Positions 9,436 through 19,145 of a stretch of DNA of 64,000 bases are shown in pieces. The position numbers and the translations under genes are program-made. A model generated the notes under the pieces. That model saw nothing but the letters and a program-made list of their open reading frames with translations. It was not told the origin of the DNA and searched no databases. The DNA is from Dehalococcoidia bacterium (GTDB taxonomy: Bacteria; Chloroflexota; Dehalococcoidia; Lucifugimonadales; UBA3495). Location of the stretch: NCBI GenBank assembly GCA_965201145.1, contig CBDAVT010000001.1, positions 70,889 to 134,888 of the forward strand. The letters run 5' to 3'. How positions within the stretch are numbered: the stretch's first letter is position 1; each line of letters opens with the position of its first letter.

Positions 9436-11697
9436 TCAACCGGAGTTGTCCAGGGTAAATGTGAACTCGTCGCTGGCCTCCCCGCCGTACTGGTCGGTGG
9501 CGGTGATTTCGACGGTCAGCTCCTGGGAGGCTGCCGGGCCGCCAGTCAAGGTCAGGACGCTGCCATTCCACTCACCGGACACCTTGTTGCGGGCCACCGT
9601 GTTGATGAGCCCGCTCTTGACCACCCCGGTAATCTGGTGCGTCGTCGTCACCATCACCTCATAAGTCAGACCGTCGCCGCTGAAATGGGCCGCCATATCC
9701 AGGTTGACGGTCTCACCTCCCGACAGTTCAACATCGTCGAAGTCGCTGATCAGCTCCGCCGGGTTCTGCGGCGTCGGCTCCGGGGTGGGTTCCGGGGTCG
9801 GGGTCGGCGTCGCCGTCGGTTCCGGCGTCGGCATTAGCGTAGGCACTGGTGTTGGTTCCGGCGTCGGTGTGGACGTCGGTTCCGGGGTTGGCGTAATGGT
9901 CGGCTCCGGCGTCGGCATTAGCGTAGGCACTGGTGTTGGTTCCGGCGTCGGCTCCGGGGTGGGTTCCGGCGTCGCCGTCGGCTCCGGCGTCGGTGTGGAC
10001 GTCGGTTCCGGGGTTGGCGTAGTGGTCGGCGTCGGTGTGGACGTCGGCTCCGGCGTCGCCGTCGGCTCCGGTGTTGGTACGGTTGTAGGTTCCGGCGTCG
10101 CCGTTGGCGTCGCCGTCGGCTCTGGCGTTGGTACGGTTGTAGGTTCCGGCGTCGCCGTTGGCGCGGTCGTCGGGGCCGGCGTTGGCGTGCTGGTGGGACC
10201 CGGCTTTGGCGTTGGCGGCGGCAGAGGCGCGGCAACCAGCGTCAGCAGGAAGGAGTCGCTGACCAGGCTCCCGGATTCGTCGGTGGCGATAATCTTCAGA
10301 GTCAGTTCCTGCAACGGAGCCGGCCCTCCCTTAAGGGTCAACGTCGCGTCATTCCAGGAACCCGTTACCTTGTTGGTAGCTATCGTATTGAGCGCGTCGG
10401 TCTTCACCTCTCCGGTTCGCTGGTGCGTCGTCGTTACTATCGCCTTGTAGGTCAGCCCGTCGCCGCTGAAATGCTCCGTCATATCCAGTTCGATAGTTTC
10501 GCCGTCATAGAGCTCAATATCGTCAAACTCGGCGATGAGTTTCAGGGTAGGCGCCTGAGGCGTGCCGACGATGGTGTTGGACCAGTCGCCGCCGGGCTGC
10601 CCCGCCGCCAGCATACGCACCCGGAAGGAGTAGGCCATGCCGTTGGTCAACCCATCAATGGAAGTTTCCATGCTTTGCACGGTCTGCGAACCGCCGTCAG
10701 CCCAGGTCTCACCTTCCACCGTGTACCCCACTTCGTAAACCGTTGGAGGCGCCGGCGCAGGAGCCGTTGGAGCCGGCGCATTATTACTGCTGGCGAAGCT
10801 ACGAATGTTGGCGGCCGCACTCTTCAGGGACACCAGGCTCTTGAGGGAAGCGCCCTCGCCCTCGGCTCCGCTCTCTTCAGGCGCTTCCCAGGACAGCGTA
10901 ACCTTGCCGTTGCCCGGAGCAATACCCAGCCCGGTAGGGGGCGCGCCGAAGCCGACCAGATTTGGGGAAACCGTATTAGAGCTGGCAGCCCAGTAATCCG
11001 TCCCGTCGCAGCGCGCGCCGACTTCCACGTCATAGGCGGCGCCGCTGGTCAACCCATCGATTGTGTGCGGGGAAGTGGCAGCGTCGATTGTCGTCCACGA
11101 GGACGAGCCGGATTCCCGGTAGCGCACCTTATGCTGCGCCGCGCCGCCGACATCGGTCCAGGTGACCGTCAGCTCGCCCGCATTCGAGCCCGTCGCCACG
11201 GACACGCCGGTAGGCTGCGCCGACTTGCCGGTCGTTCCCTCGATGAAGTTGGAGTACCCGGTCAAATTCTTGCCGCCAACCGAAGAGATGCCGCCAAGGA
11301 TGATGAGATACTTCGTGTTAGGCGCCAGATTTGTCATGTCGTCCGGGCTGGTAGGCGAGAAATTTTGCCCGGTCTCAATCAAGCCCAGTTCGTCGATCAC
11401 GTGTGCACTAATATCGGTCAGGGTCTTGCCCGCAGGATTTGTCCAGCTGACTTCGAAACCGCACGCGTAGGTGTTTGCGATCTGGATACTCTCCGGGCCT
11501 GGGGCCGGGGTGATCAAATGGCTCGCCGCCCACACGTAATACTGGCTGCCGTCTGCTGCGGTCAAGCTTGCCGAACCGATCTGCACCTGGTAGTTGGTTC
11601 CATTGATCAAGCCGGTCGCCCGGTAGTTGTCGATACTCGACGTGGTCACAATTGTCCAGGCGCCGTCTTTCGCAGTGGTGTCTATACGGTAGCGCAC
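9436..11697 (-). CDS. giant FN3-repeat surface protein, C-terminal part (frame-shifted continuation of 11682..13916)
   Basis: The 753-aa ORF holds FN3 repeats (Y.VRYR...W...T), an Ig/cadherin-like domain, a ~155-aa PT(E) linker and a second Ig-like domain. Upstream of the annotated start the frame still reads [19 protein letters not shown], which is the middle of an FN3 repeat. Confidence 0.85.
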   Translation of the reverse strand: MRYRIDTTAKDGAWTIVTTSSIDNYRATGLINGTNYQVQIGSASLTAADGSQYYVWAASHLITPAPGPESIQIANTYACGFEVSWTNPAGKTLTDISAHVIDELGLIETGQNFSPTSPDDMTNLAPNTKYLIILGGISSVGGKNLTGYSNFIEGTTGKSAQPTGVSVATGSNAGELTVTWTDVGGAAQHKVRYRESGSSSWTTIDAATSPHTIDGLTSGAAYDVEVGARCDGTDYWAASSNTVSPNLVGFGAPPTGLGIAPGNGKVTLSWEAPEESGAEGEGASLKSLVSLKSAAANIRSFASSNNAPAPTAPAPAPPTVYEVGYTVEGETWADGGSQTVQSMETSIDGLTNGMAYSFRVRMLAAGQPGGDWSNTIVGTPQAPTLKLIAEFDDIELYDGETIELDMTEHFSGDGLTYKAIVTTTHQRTGEVKTDALNTIATNKVTGSWNDATLTLKGGPAPLQELTLKIIATDESGSLVSDSFLLTLVAAPLPPPTPKPGPTSTPTPAPTTAPTATPEPTTVPTPEPTATPTATPEPTTVPTPEPTATPEPTSTPTPTTTPTPEPTSTPTPEPTATPEPTPEPTPEPTPVPTLMPTPEPTITPTPEPTSTPTPEPTPVPTLMPTPEPTATPTPTPEPTPEPTPQNPAELISDFDDVELSGGETVNLDMAAHFSGDGLTYEVMVTTTHQITGVVKSGLINTVARNKVSGEWNGSVLTLTGGPAASQELTVEITATDQYGGEASDEFTFTLDNSG

Positions 11698-13916
11698 TGC
11701 GCTTTCAGCGAAGCCCTTGCCGGGGGTCCAGCGCGCATTGAACCGCCGTCGGTGTGGAAGAGAATCACATCCGTCGGCTTCCCGAAGGGCTTGCCGTCCA
11801 CTGGTCCCTCGATCTTTGGAGACTGCCGCCCGGCGACGGAGTACACCCGCACCTCGTAATCGATGCCGTTTTCCAGATTATTGATGTACAGGTCGATTTC
11901 CGGGCTGATTTCGTATGTGATCCACTCCTGCGTGTTCTTCTTTCGATACTGAACCGTGCTGCGCAGGGTCCCGCTGCCGTGTTTGTAACTGACGTACAGA
12001 CGGCCATCGCGGGGCTCGACGATTAGGCCCGTCGGCGCATTGAAGGGCGTCACCAAAATCTTGTCGGGCGTCCAGTGCGTTTCTATCGGCGGGCCGTTGT
12101 ACACTGCGGCGACATCGATCCAGTACGTCGTTCCGTTGGTCAGACCGGTGATCGTATAGGTCTGCTCAGTCCCGGCAGCCGGGGCGACCGTCGCTGTACG
12201 AGGGGTGTTGGTGGGGGCGCTCTCGTGATTCCACCAGCGCACCGTGTAGGAGTTCACCGTATCCGTGCTCTCCGGACTCTGCCATTTCAGCACAATTTCG
12301 GCATCTCCCGACACGCCGCGCAGGTTTCGGGGAGATTTTGCCGTGGCTGCCGATACCGTAATAACCTCGGAGCCGCGGTGATAATCAGCCGGCGGCTCTG
12401 AGTCGGCATCTCTGAACAGAGCAAACACCCGAACTTCATGGTTCTCGTTGGGCAGCAAATCACCTATTTCGAACATCAATCGATCGGCATTGCCGGCAAC
12501 CGGCTTCGCTTCTGTGCCCACTGACGTCCATGGCTCTGGGTTGTCCGGGTCATCCGCTATCTCTCGAATGATCAATTTGTAGCCATCGGCGTCATCTACC
12601 TTGTCCCAGGACACCGTAAGGTCTGCCGTCTCAGCGTCCGAAGTGGCTGCGATCAGCGACGCTGTGATTTCGGTAGGAGCCGGCGCGACCTGGAAATCAG
12701 GGCCATCGACCCAGCGCGTCGTCCCAGCGCGGACAGCGCCTACCTGCAGTTCATATTCATCGAGTACCGACAGCCCTTCCAGCTCATACGGGGTCGATCC
12801 GTAAGCTTGCCGCCATGCGCCGTTCGAGGACTTCAGGCGATACCTGATTGTATGGCTTGTGACGCCATCGCCTTTAGTCCAGCGCACGGTCAACTTGCCG
12901 TTGTCGGCTTGTGTTGTTATGTCCTCGAGCTGCACATTCGCGGGCTTCCCCAGCGGCGTCCCGATACGCGGACTTGTCCACAGGATTTCGCCGTTGAGCA
13001 TAGCGCCGACTTGTACCTGATACGTGGTGCCGTTGCTCAAACCTTCGATGTAGTGCCGCCGGCTGACGTCTTCGATTCTGATGTTTTCAAAGATTCCCCC
13101 CAGAGGGCGGTATTCGAGGACGTGGGACACCAATTCACCGGGCGCATTGGTCCAATAGACCTTCAATTTGCGGTCGGCGGAGACCACATCAAGGCCGCTC
13201 GGCGGCTCGAAGGGTATCGCTTCTATCTGCTCGGACCAGTGGGTCATTGCCGGGGTGGGCGGCGACGCGCTCGTATCTTCGTCGAACACCGCGCCCACCT
13301 GCACGGCATGAGTAAGGTGATTGTCCAGGACGGACAGCGTGTCGCGGCTGCTCATCGCCTGGCCCTCCGCATTGGGCTTCCACTCAAAGGGATTTTCCGG
13401 CGCCGACTGGCGGTACCGCACCACATACGAATCGGCGTTGGTCACGGCGGTCCAGCTCACCCGCAGGCTGCCGGAGCTGTTGGGAGTAACGGTGACGCCG
13501 GTGGGAGCATTAGGCGAAAGGGGAGTGGCATAGGTCGTCCCCACAATCTCCCCGCCATTCACAAAGGCACGGACCGTTATCTTGTACGTCCGTCCGTTGA
13601 CGAGAGAGGAAATAGTATGTGGCATCGTGAGGGTATCCACCGGGTTTTCCGGGAGATGGGTGACCGAGCCGTCTATCGTATCGGTATAGGTGATGCCGTA
13701 GCGGGTTTCGCTGGTCCCTTTCGGCCAGCTCCAGTTTACTTCGAGGGCAGTATCACCCGGGGTAGCGGTGACCGCGGACTGCTCCTGGGGGTGCGCCTGC
13801 CGGGACCAGGAAAGGAGCACCGTCTCCAGATGCCCGGCCAACAGCGCCGTAGGCACCATCGCAGTTGCCAGAACCGCCAGGATCAACCAGGAACGCAGCC
13901 TGTTTCTCATATCCAA
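11682..13916 (-). CDS. giant FN3-repeat surface protein, N-terminal part with signal peptide
   Basis: 744-aa ORF with GGAGG 9 nt upstream of the ATG and an N-terminal signal/TM segment. It carries at least 7 FN3-like repeats. It ends in out-of-frame sequence after a 1-nt loss in a T-run near 11741. Confidence 0.85.
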   Translation of the reverse strand: MDMRNRLRSWLILAVLATAMVPTALLAGHLETVLLSWSRQAHPQEQSAVTATPGDTALEVNWSWPKGTSETRYGITYTDTIDGSVTHLPENPVDTLTMPHTISSLVNGRTYKITVRAFVNGGEIVGTTYATPLSPNAPTGVTVTPNSSGSLRVSWTAVTNADSYVVRYRQSAPENPFEWKPNAEGQAMSSRDTLSVLDNHLTHAVQVGAVFDEDTSASPPTPAMTHWSEQIEAIPFEPPSGLDVVSADRKLKVYWTNAPGELVSHVLEYRPLGGIFENIRIEDVSRRHYIEGLSNGTTYQVQVGAMLNGEILWTSPRIGTPLGKPANVQLEDITTQADNGKLTVRWTKGDGVTSHTIRYRLKSSNGAWRQAYGSTPYELEGLSVLDEYELQVGAVRAGTTRWVDGPDFQVAPAPTEITASLIAATSDAETADLTVSWDKVDDADGYKLIIREIADDPDNPEPWTSVGTEAKPVAGNADRLMFEIGDLLPNENHEVRVFALFRDADSEPPADYHRGSEVITVSAATAKSPRNLRGVSGDAEIVLKWQSPESTDTVNSYTVRWWNHESAPTNTPRTATVAPAAGTEQTYTITGLTNGTTYWIDVAAVYNGPPIETHWTPDKILVTPFNAPTGLIVEPRDGRLYVSYKHGSGTLRSTVQYRKKNTQEWITYEISPEIDLYINNLENGIDYEVRVYSVAGRQSPKIEGPVDGKPFGKPTDVILFHTDGGSMRAGPPARASLKAQCATV

Positions 13917-13953
13917 TATCCTCCCCAGTTACACACACGGGGGGGGGGGGGGG

Positions 13954-14136
13954 CAGGGCTATCGCATATGAAAAATTTTCAGGATGAGAACGGAACTTTC
14001 CGATGTTTTGGCGGCGCTTTACTGGGTAATCAACATCAAAACCAACGGTTTAAGTCTTAAATTACCCAAATTTAGCAGTTAAAAACGGAGATTTAACCGT
14101 CAATTGGCCTCTTAAAATCCATATGCGATAGCCCTG
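13954..14136 (-). mobile_element. 183-bp MITE, copy 1 (inverted orientation), flanked by G15/G17 tracts
   Basis: Termini are CAGGGCTATCGCATATG ... CATATGCGATAGCCCTG. It is near-identical to the other copies and has an AT-rich interior. Confidence 0.9.
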
Positions 14137-14500
14137 GGGGGGGGGGGGGGGGGACTAACTGCCTTTGGCAAACCCTTAATCCGGCGCTGCCGCAATTCCG
14201 ATTGAGACATTGACAAACTGGCAGTTAACCCCAACCTTTGGGGCCCCCACCTCCACCGGTGCGATATATACGAGGCCGGGTTTCGCCGGGTACAGTACAC
14301 CCCGGAAACCCGGAGGAAGAACAAGGCGGCTAATTGAAGGTTCGGGCTGCTCATTCGCAGGCCCGCCCGGTAAAAGCGCAGGCTGTTCATTACCCGGTAA
14401 GGCCCGAGGCAAGCTGAACCGCCCACAAGTTGAAATGTGTCAAGCTCATATATTTGAGACCATTATATATTCTCGATGAGCGTTAACCTGCCCGGTAATA

Positions 14501-14576
14501 TGGTGGAGCTGGGGGGACTCGAACCCCCTACCTCTTCAATGCCATTGAAGCGCTCTCCCAGATGAGCTACAGCCCC
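14501..14576 (-). tRNA. tRNA-Ala (anticodon GGC), CCA encoded
   Basis: The reverse complement reads GGGGCTGTAGCTCATCTGGGAGAGCGCTTCAATGGCATTGAAGAGGTAGGGGGTTCGAGTCCCCCCAGCTCCACCA. It has a 7-bp acceptor stem with G3:U70, anticodon loop AUGGCAU and a T-loop GGTTCGAGTCC. Confidence 0.93.
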
Positions 14577-14680
14577 ACGAAAAGCGGTTGTCTAAACCAG
14601 TGCAATCAAGCATAGCAAAACCAGGCTGCCGGGGCAACCTGGTTTTATCGCCGGTTATCGCCGTTTTAGAAAAATTTTGT

Positions 14681-15598
14681 CTAGCTTTGGCGCACGAACT
14701 TTACCACCGTTCGGCCCTGACTCCCTTCGTAAGGTTCCACCACGTACAGGTCCTTGTGGGAGTCAACCCAAATGCCGTGGCAGGAACGGTGCGTCATTGA
14801 ACCCCATTGGGTCAGCATTTCCCCCTCCAGGTTAAGGATACTCACCAGCCCGCCATTGTGTTCGGCCACATATACGGTATCCTCATCATCTACGTACATT
14901 ACCGCCGGGCCAATCAGCTTAACCGGGAAATCGGTCAGATGCTCGCCGTCCTGGTCGAAAACCTGAATGCGGTCATTTTCCCGGTCGGCAATCAGCAGGC
15001 GGCCCCGGGGGTCGATCCAGGCGCCGTGGGGAAGGTTGAACTGGCCGGGGCCGGAACCGGGCCAGCCCCAGGATTTAATCAGCTCCCCTTCCGGGGTGAA
15101 CTTGTGCACCCGGGCGTTGGCGTAACCGTCGGCGATAAAAATTTCTCCCGCTTCGTTAACGGCAATTCCCGCCGGGAGGTTGAAAGGCTCCGCGCCCCGC
15201 ACTACGTCCGGCCAGGCATTGGAACTGAATACCGAATTGTCCACGCCCGTATCGGAACGGTAGCCCTTGGTGCCGATGGTCATCAGCAATTCACCTTCGG
15301 CGGTAAACTTCATTATTTGCCCATCGTTTCGCTCCACCAGCCAGACATTATCGTGGGAATCGATAAAGATGGCGTGGGGGAACAGGAAAATCCCGGCGCC
15401 CCAGGAATTAAGGTAGTTGCCTTCCCGGTCGAAAATCATCACCGGATGCTCCGGGTCCCGGTTGAAGCAATAGACCCGGTCCTGGGAGTCTCCATAAACG
15501 GCGGCGGCGGGCATAGCCCAACCCTCCGGCACTTTGGCCCAGTCAGTGTGCATTTCGTAAGTGTATTTCCCACTGCCGACGATGGCTCTGGTCGTCAC
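14681..15598 (-). CDS. NHL-repeat six-bladed beta-propeller protein
   Basis: The ORF is 14681..15730. NHL-type repeats are present (ADRENDRIQVFD, YVAEHNGG.VSI). I prefer the GTG at 15598, 6 nt after AAGGAGG; ATG 15631 is an alternative start. Confidence 0.75.
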   Translation of the reverse strand: MTTRAIVGSGKYTYEMHTDWAKVPEGWAMPAAAVYGDSQDRVYCFNRDPEHPVMIFDREGNYLNSWGAGIFLFPHAIFIDSHDNVWLVERNDGQIMKFTAEGELLMTIGTKGYRSDTGVDNSVFSSNAWPDVVRGAEPFNLPAGIAVNEAGEIFIADGYANARVHKFTPEGELIKSWGWPGSGPGQFNLPHGAWIDPRGRLLIADRENDRIQVFDQDGEHLTDFPVKLIGPAVMYVDDEDTVYVAEHNGGLVSILNLEGEMLTQWGSMTHRSCHGIWVDSHKDLYVVEPYEGSQGRTVVKFVRQS

Positions 15599-15738
15599 GG
15601 CGCGCCTCCTTAAGGGTGTATTTGCATCCATTCGCTGCGGTAAAGATAGCCCGGCCCTGATTATGACAATAACCCAAGTGCAGGTCAAATGACGGTGAAA
15701 CCCGGCGCTGTCCGGGTGTCCCGCTCTCACCCCCCTAG

Positions 15739-15921
15739 CAGGGCTATCGCATATGGATTTTAAGAGGCCAATTGACGGGTAAATCTCCGTTTTTAACTGC
15801 TAAATTTGGGTAATTTAAGACTTAAACCGTTGGTTTTGATGTTGATTACCCAGTAAAGCGCCGCCAAAACATCGGAAAGTTCCGTTCTGATCCTGAAATT
15901 TTTTCATATGCGATAGCCCTG
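15739..15921 (+). mobile_element. 183-bp MITE, copy 2
   Basis: Perfect 17-bp TIRs, flanked by the 10-bp direct repeat ACCCCCCTAG (15729-15738 and 15922-15931). Confidence 0.93.
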
Positions 15922-16024
15922 ACCCCCCTAGCCGCCGGGCTGTTGGCTGACGCTGCTTTGGGTTAAACTAACGCGGTTCAGCCCACGAAAACATCCATGC
16001 CACCGGCAAGTCAGGAGGGACATT

Positions 16025-16210
16025 ATGGAAAGACCGCCGGACATCTCGATTGATACAGTTCTGGAAATTCTGGAGCGCCAGGCCGAAGCCCGCTGGGATG
16101 CCGCCTTCCGGGAAGAAAACCGGGAACTGCTGCAGCAAGCGGCGACCTACATCGCCAATATCGCCAACAACCTGCCGGACGCCGAAACCGAACCGGGATT
16201 TTTCCAGTAG
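16025..16210 (+). CDS. small hypothetical protein (61 aa)
   Basis: AGGAGGG lies 6 nt upstream of the ATG. The ORF is acidic and helical and sits directly upstream of the amidase gene. No recognisable family. Confidence 0.45.
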   Translation: MERPPDISIDTVLEILERQAEARWDAAFREENRELLQQAATYIANIANNLPDAETEPGFFQ

Positions 16211-16280
16211 GAACCCATACCGAAGGACGGTCCCGACCCGGACTTCCGGAGTCCCCAATTTGCCATCTACGGAGGATGCC

Positions 16281-17639
16281 ATGGTGGAACTTCACGCCCT
16301 CAGCGCCAACGATGCCGCCGCGCAGATTCGCGACGGTAACCTCTCACCCGGCGCCTACGCCAGCGCCCTGCTGGAACGGATTGACGACTGGGAACCGGAC
16401 TTGCAAGCCTGGGTAACCATCGACCGGGAAGCGGTTATGACCGACGCCCGCCAGCGGGAACGGGAAATAGCCGACGGCCAACCCTCCAGTCTAATGCCCG
16501 GGGTGCCGGTGGCCCTGAAGGACATTTTCTATACGGCGGGAATGGCAACCACGGCCTGCTCCCGGATTTACGCCGATTTCGTACCTCAATACGATGCTAC
16601 CTGCGTAGCCAAACTGAAGGAAGCCGGCGCAATCGTCCTGGGCAAGGCGGTTACCACCGAGTTCGCCACCTCCGACCCGTCGCCCACCCGCAACCCCTGG
16701 AATCGGGAACACACGCCGGGCGGCTCCAGCAGCGGATCAGCGGTGGCAGTGGCATCGGGAATGGCCCCGGCGGCGCTGGGATCCCAGACCGGCGGCTCCA
16801 CCTGCCGGCCCGCCGCCTACAACGGCATCGTCGGCCTGAAACCGACCTACGGCCGCATCAGCCGGTACGGGGTGGTGCCCGTCAGTTGGTCCCTGGACAC
16901 GGTGGGCATTCTGGTACGCACCGTCACCGATGCCGCCTTGCTGCTGCAGGTTATGGCCGGGTACGATGCCAAGGACCCCGGTTCGGCCGACGTGCCGGCG
17001 CCGGACTTTCGCCAGGAAATGTCGCGCCACGACCGGGCGCCCCGGCTGGGGCTATTAAAGCAAGGTTACTTCTTCGACCGGGTCACGCCGGAGGTGCGTC
17101 AGCATACCGAGACGATTGCGGCCCAACTGGCCCAGGCCGGGGCAGCCATTGAAGAAGTGGCTCTCCCGGACAGCTTCGCCACCGCGCCGGACGTGCAGCG
17201 AATTATTATGAACGTGGAATGCGCCGCCTTCCACGAGCAATTCTTCCGCCACCGGGCCGACGAATACGGCCCCAGGCTCCGGGCCAACATCGAAATGGGG
17301 CTGTTGATTCCCAGTGTAACCTACTTGCAGGCGCAGCGGCTTCGCCGGGAGTTTCGGCGGGACCTGACCGAGTTGGCCGAGTCGGTGGACGCCCTGCTGA
17401 TGCCGGCAACTCCGGCCCCGGCGCCTCGGGACTTGAACACTACCGGGGACGCCGCCTTTCAGGCTCCCTGGACCTCCGCCGGCCTGCCGACGCTGGTAAT
17501 TCCTTCCGGTTTAAGCGAGTCGGGGCTGCCGCTGGGAATACAATTGGCCGCTCCGCCCTTTGCCGAGGGGCAACTGCTGGGAGCAGCCCGCTGGTGTGAA
17601 AGGGCCTTGGGGATAACTTTAAGTCCGCCGGGATTTTAG
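16281..17639 (+). CDS. amidase-signature family amidase (GatA-like)
   Basis: The ORF is 16050..17639. I chose the start at ATG 16281, after GGAGGA. The amidase signature GGSSSGSAVAVA and the Ser-cisSer-Lys context are present. Confidence 0.85.
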   Translation: MVELHALSANDAAAQIRDGNLSPGAYASALLERIDDWEPDLQAWVTIDREAVMTDARQREREIADGQPSSLMPGVPVALKDIFYTAGMATTACSRIYADFVPQYDATCVAKLKEAGAIVLGKAVTTEFATSDPSPTRNPWNREHTPGGSSSGSAVAVASGMAPAALGSQTGGSTCRPAAYNGIVGLKPTYGRISRYGVVPVSWSLDTVGILVRTVTDAALLLQVMAGYDAKDPGSADVPAPDFRQEMSRHDRAPRLGLLKQGYFFDRVTPEVRQHTETIAAQLAQAGAAIEEVALPDSFATAPDVQRIIMNVECAAFHEQFFRHRADEYGPRLRANIEMGLLIPSVTYLQAQRLRREFRRDLTELAESVDALLMPATPAPAPRDLNTTGDAAFQAPWTSAGLPTLVIPSGLSESGLPLGIQLAAPPFAEGQLLGAARWCERALGITLSPPGF

Positions 17640-17741
17640 GCAGCCCGGCGTCTTGGACACCCTGGAGAGAGCTGCGAAACAAAGAAGAGGCGCCGGACGG
17701 TATTCCCGCCCGGCGCTGCAACAGCGCTCCGGAAACTAGGC

Positions 17742-19145
17742 TTACCGGCGATAGCTGTAACCTCTTGGGGTGCGTTCACAGTTCAGGCGGCGGTTCAGGT
17801 GCAGCCCATCCAGAATGAACTCGATCGCCGCTGCCTGAACTTCCGGCCGCGGGTCGTCGGTCAAGCGGGACACGGCCTCGGCCAGGCCCTCAACTTCCGC
17901 GGTCATCCGGGAATATTCCCCGGCCGGTTTTTCGCTGCCGGTCTCCGCCTGGCAGCCCAGGTCAAAAGCGGTTACCACGTCATCCAGAGACTCCACGTCA
18001 AAGTAGCGGCCAAAGACCCGCATTACGGCCCGTTTGGTCAAGTCTTCCATCACCCGGTCTTCCCGCCCTTCCTCAAAGGTCTCCAGCTCAATCTTGCCGC
18101 CAAAGGAGGCGGCGATGTAGGGCAAGTCGCTGATTCGGGGACAGGCTATCAGATCCCCGGCCCGAATGGAGCGCCGCACGGCATTGCTCAGCAAAGTCTC
18201 GTAATTGGCGATCGACACCCGCACACTGACCCCGGAACGCTGGTTGATTTCGCTGCTGCTACGCGCCTGAGCCGTAATCTCGGCCAGAATCTCCTTGATA
18301 TACCCGGGAATAACCAGGTTCTCCTCGTCAAAGAACCGGGCCCGCTCCTGGTCCATAATGGTAATTTCCTCTTCAATCCGGCGCGGGTAATGGGTATGAA
18401 TCTGGGAGCCGTAGCGGTCCTTCAAGGGGGTTACAATGCGGCCCCGGTTGGTATAATCCTCCGGATTGGCGGTAGCCACCACGTAAACGTCCAGGGGCAG
18501 CCGGATGCGGTAGCCTTTAATCTGCACGTCCCTTTCTTCCATCAGATTAAAGAGGCCCACCTGAATCCGCTCGGCCAGGTCGGGCAGCTCGTTGATGGAA
18601 AAGATGCCCCGATTGGTGCGGGGAACCAGCCCATAATGGATTGCCAGTTCGTCGGAGAGGTGGCGTCCTTCGGCTACCTTGATGGGGTCGATTTCGCCGA
18701 TCAGGTCGGCAATGGAGATGTCCGGGGTAGCCAGCTTCTCCGAGTAGCGCTGCTCCCGGCCAATCCACTCAATCGGGGTAGCATCGCCCAGCTCGGCTAC
18801 CAGATCGCGGCTGGCCTGGCTGATCGGATTGAAAGGGTCGTCGTTAATTTCGCTGCCGGCAATTATGGGAATGGCCTCGTCCAGCAGGTTGACCAGGCTG
18901 CGAATGAGCCGGGACTTGGCCTGCCCACGCTCGCCCAGCAGGATAACGTCCTGGCCGGCCAGGATGGCATTTTCCAACTGGGGGATGACCGTATCCTCGA
19001 AACCGACAATGCCGGGGAAGACCAGTTCCTCGGCCCGCATCCTGGACACCAGGTTGTTGCGCAGCTCCTCCCGCACCGGGAGGACTCGGTAGCCGGATTC
19101 GCGGAGTTCGCCGATGGTTTGCGGTCGGTTGGCAGCAGTCATCAT
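17742..19145 (-). CDS. AAA+ ATPase, Mg-chelatase ChlI/BchI-like
   Basis: 467-aa ORF with Walker A LLGERGQAKS, Walker B/sensor region (IFSINELPDL) and the ChlI-like segment VFPGIVGFEDTV... Confidence 0.75.
   Translation of the reverse strand: MMTAANRPQTIGELRESGYRVLPVREELRNNLVSRMRAEELVFPGIVGFEDTVIPQLENAILAGQDVILLGERGQAKSRLIRSLVNLLDEAIPIIAGSEINDDPFNPISQASRDLVAELGDATPIEWIGREQRYSEKLATPDISIADLIGEIDPIKVAEGRHLSDELAIHYGLVPRTNRGIFSINELPDLAERIQVGLFNLMEERDVQIKGYRIRLPLDVYVVATANPEDYTNRGRIVTPLKDRYGSQIHTHYPRRIEEEITIMDQERARFFDEENLVIPGYIKEILAEITAQARSSSEINQRSGVSVRVSIANYETLLSNAVRRSIRAGDLIACPRISDLPYIAASFGGKIELETFEEGREDRVMEDLTKRAVMRVFGRYFDVESLDDVVTAFDLGCQAETGSEKPAGEYSRMTAEVEGLAEAVSRLTDDPRPEVQAAAIEFILDGLHLNRRLNCERTPRGYSYRR

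Noticed and set aside
9704-10450. ORFs running through the Pro/Thr linker DNA on the opposite strand or in other frames: 9704..10450+, 9918..10235-, 7856..8173-, 7930..8154+, 8314..8613-, 51047..51451+.
   Set aside because: They are low-complexity translations (GVGVGS or RRRR repeats) of ACN/CCN-rich linker sequence. They have no RBS, and the sense-strand proteins account for the region.
7590-11697. A diversity-generating retroelement acting on the repeated Ig-like C-terminal domains.
   Set aside because: There is no reverse transcriptase and no template/variable repeat pair with adenine-specific differences. The domain copies differ at all base types, as ordinary paralogues do.
10423-11859. 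Long antisense or alternative-frame ORFs: 10423..11859+, 12807..14060+, 17799..19175+, 21232..22824+. Also 39313..40470-, 50764..52470+, 5386..6402-, 46493..47422-, 347..1240- and 43730..44503-.
   Set aside because: These are typical high-GC shadow ORFs, Arg/Gly/Pro-rich and without motifs. Each lies opposite a gene with clear family signatures.
14154-14500. Calling this region SRP RNA, RNase P RNA, tmRNA, 6S RNA or a cobalamin riboswitch.
   Set aside because: Key invariant motifs are absent on both strands, namely GGAAGCAGC with a GNRA loop for SRP, GAGGAAAGTCC for RNase P, and a tRNA-like 3' end for tmRNA. Only weak partial similarity exists, so it is left as an unassigned structured region.
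13954-15921. A tRNA-associated prophage or integrative island at tRNA-Ala.
   Set aside because: No integrase, phage genes or direct repeat of the tRNA 3' end could be found in the window.
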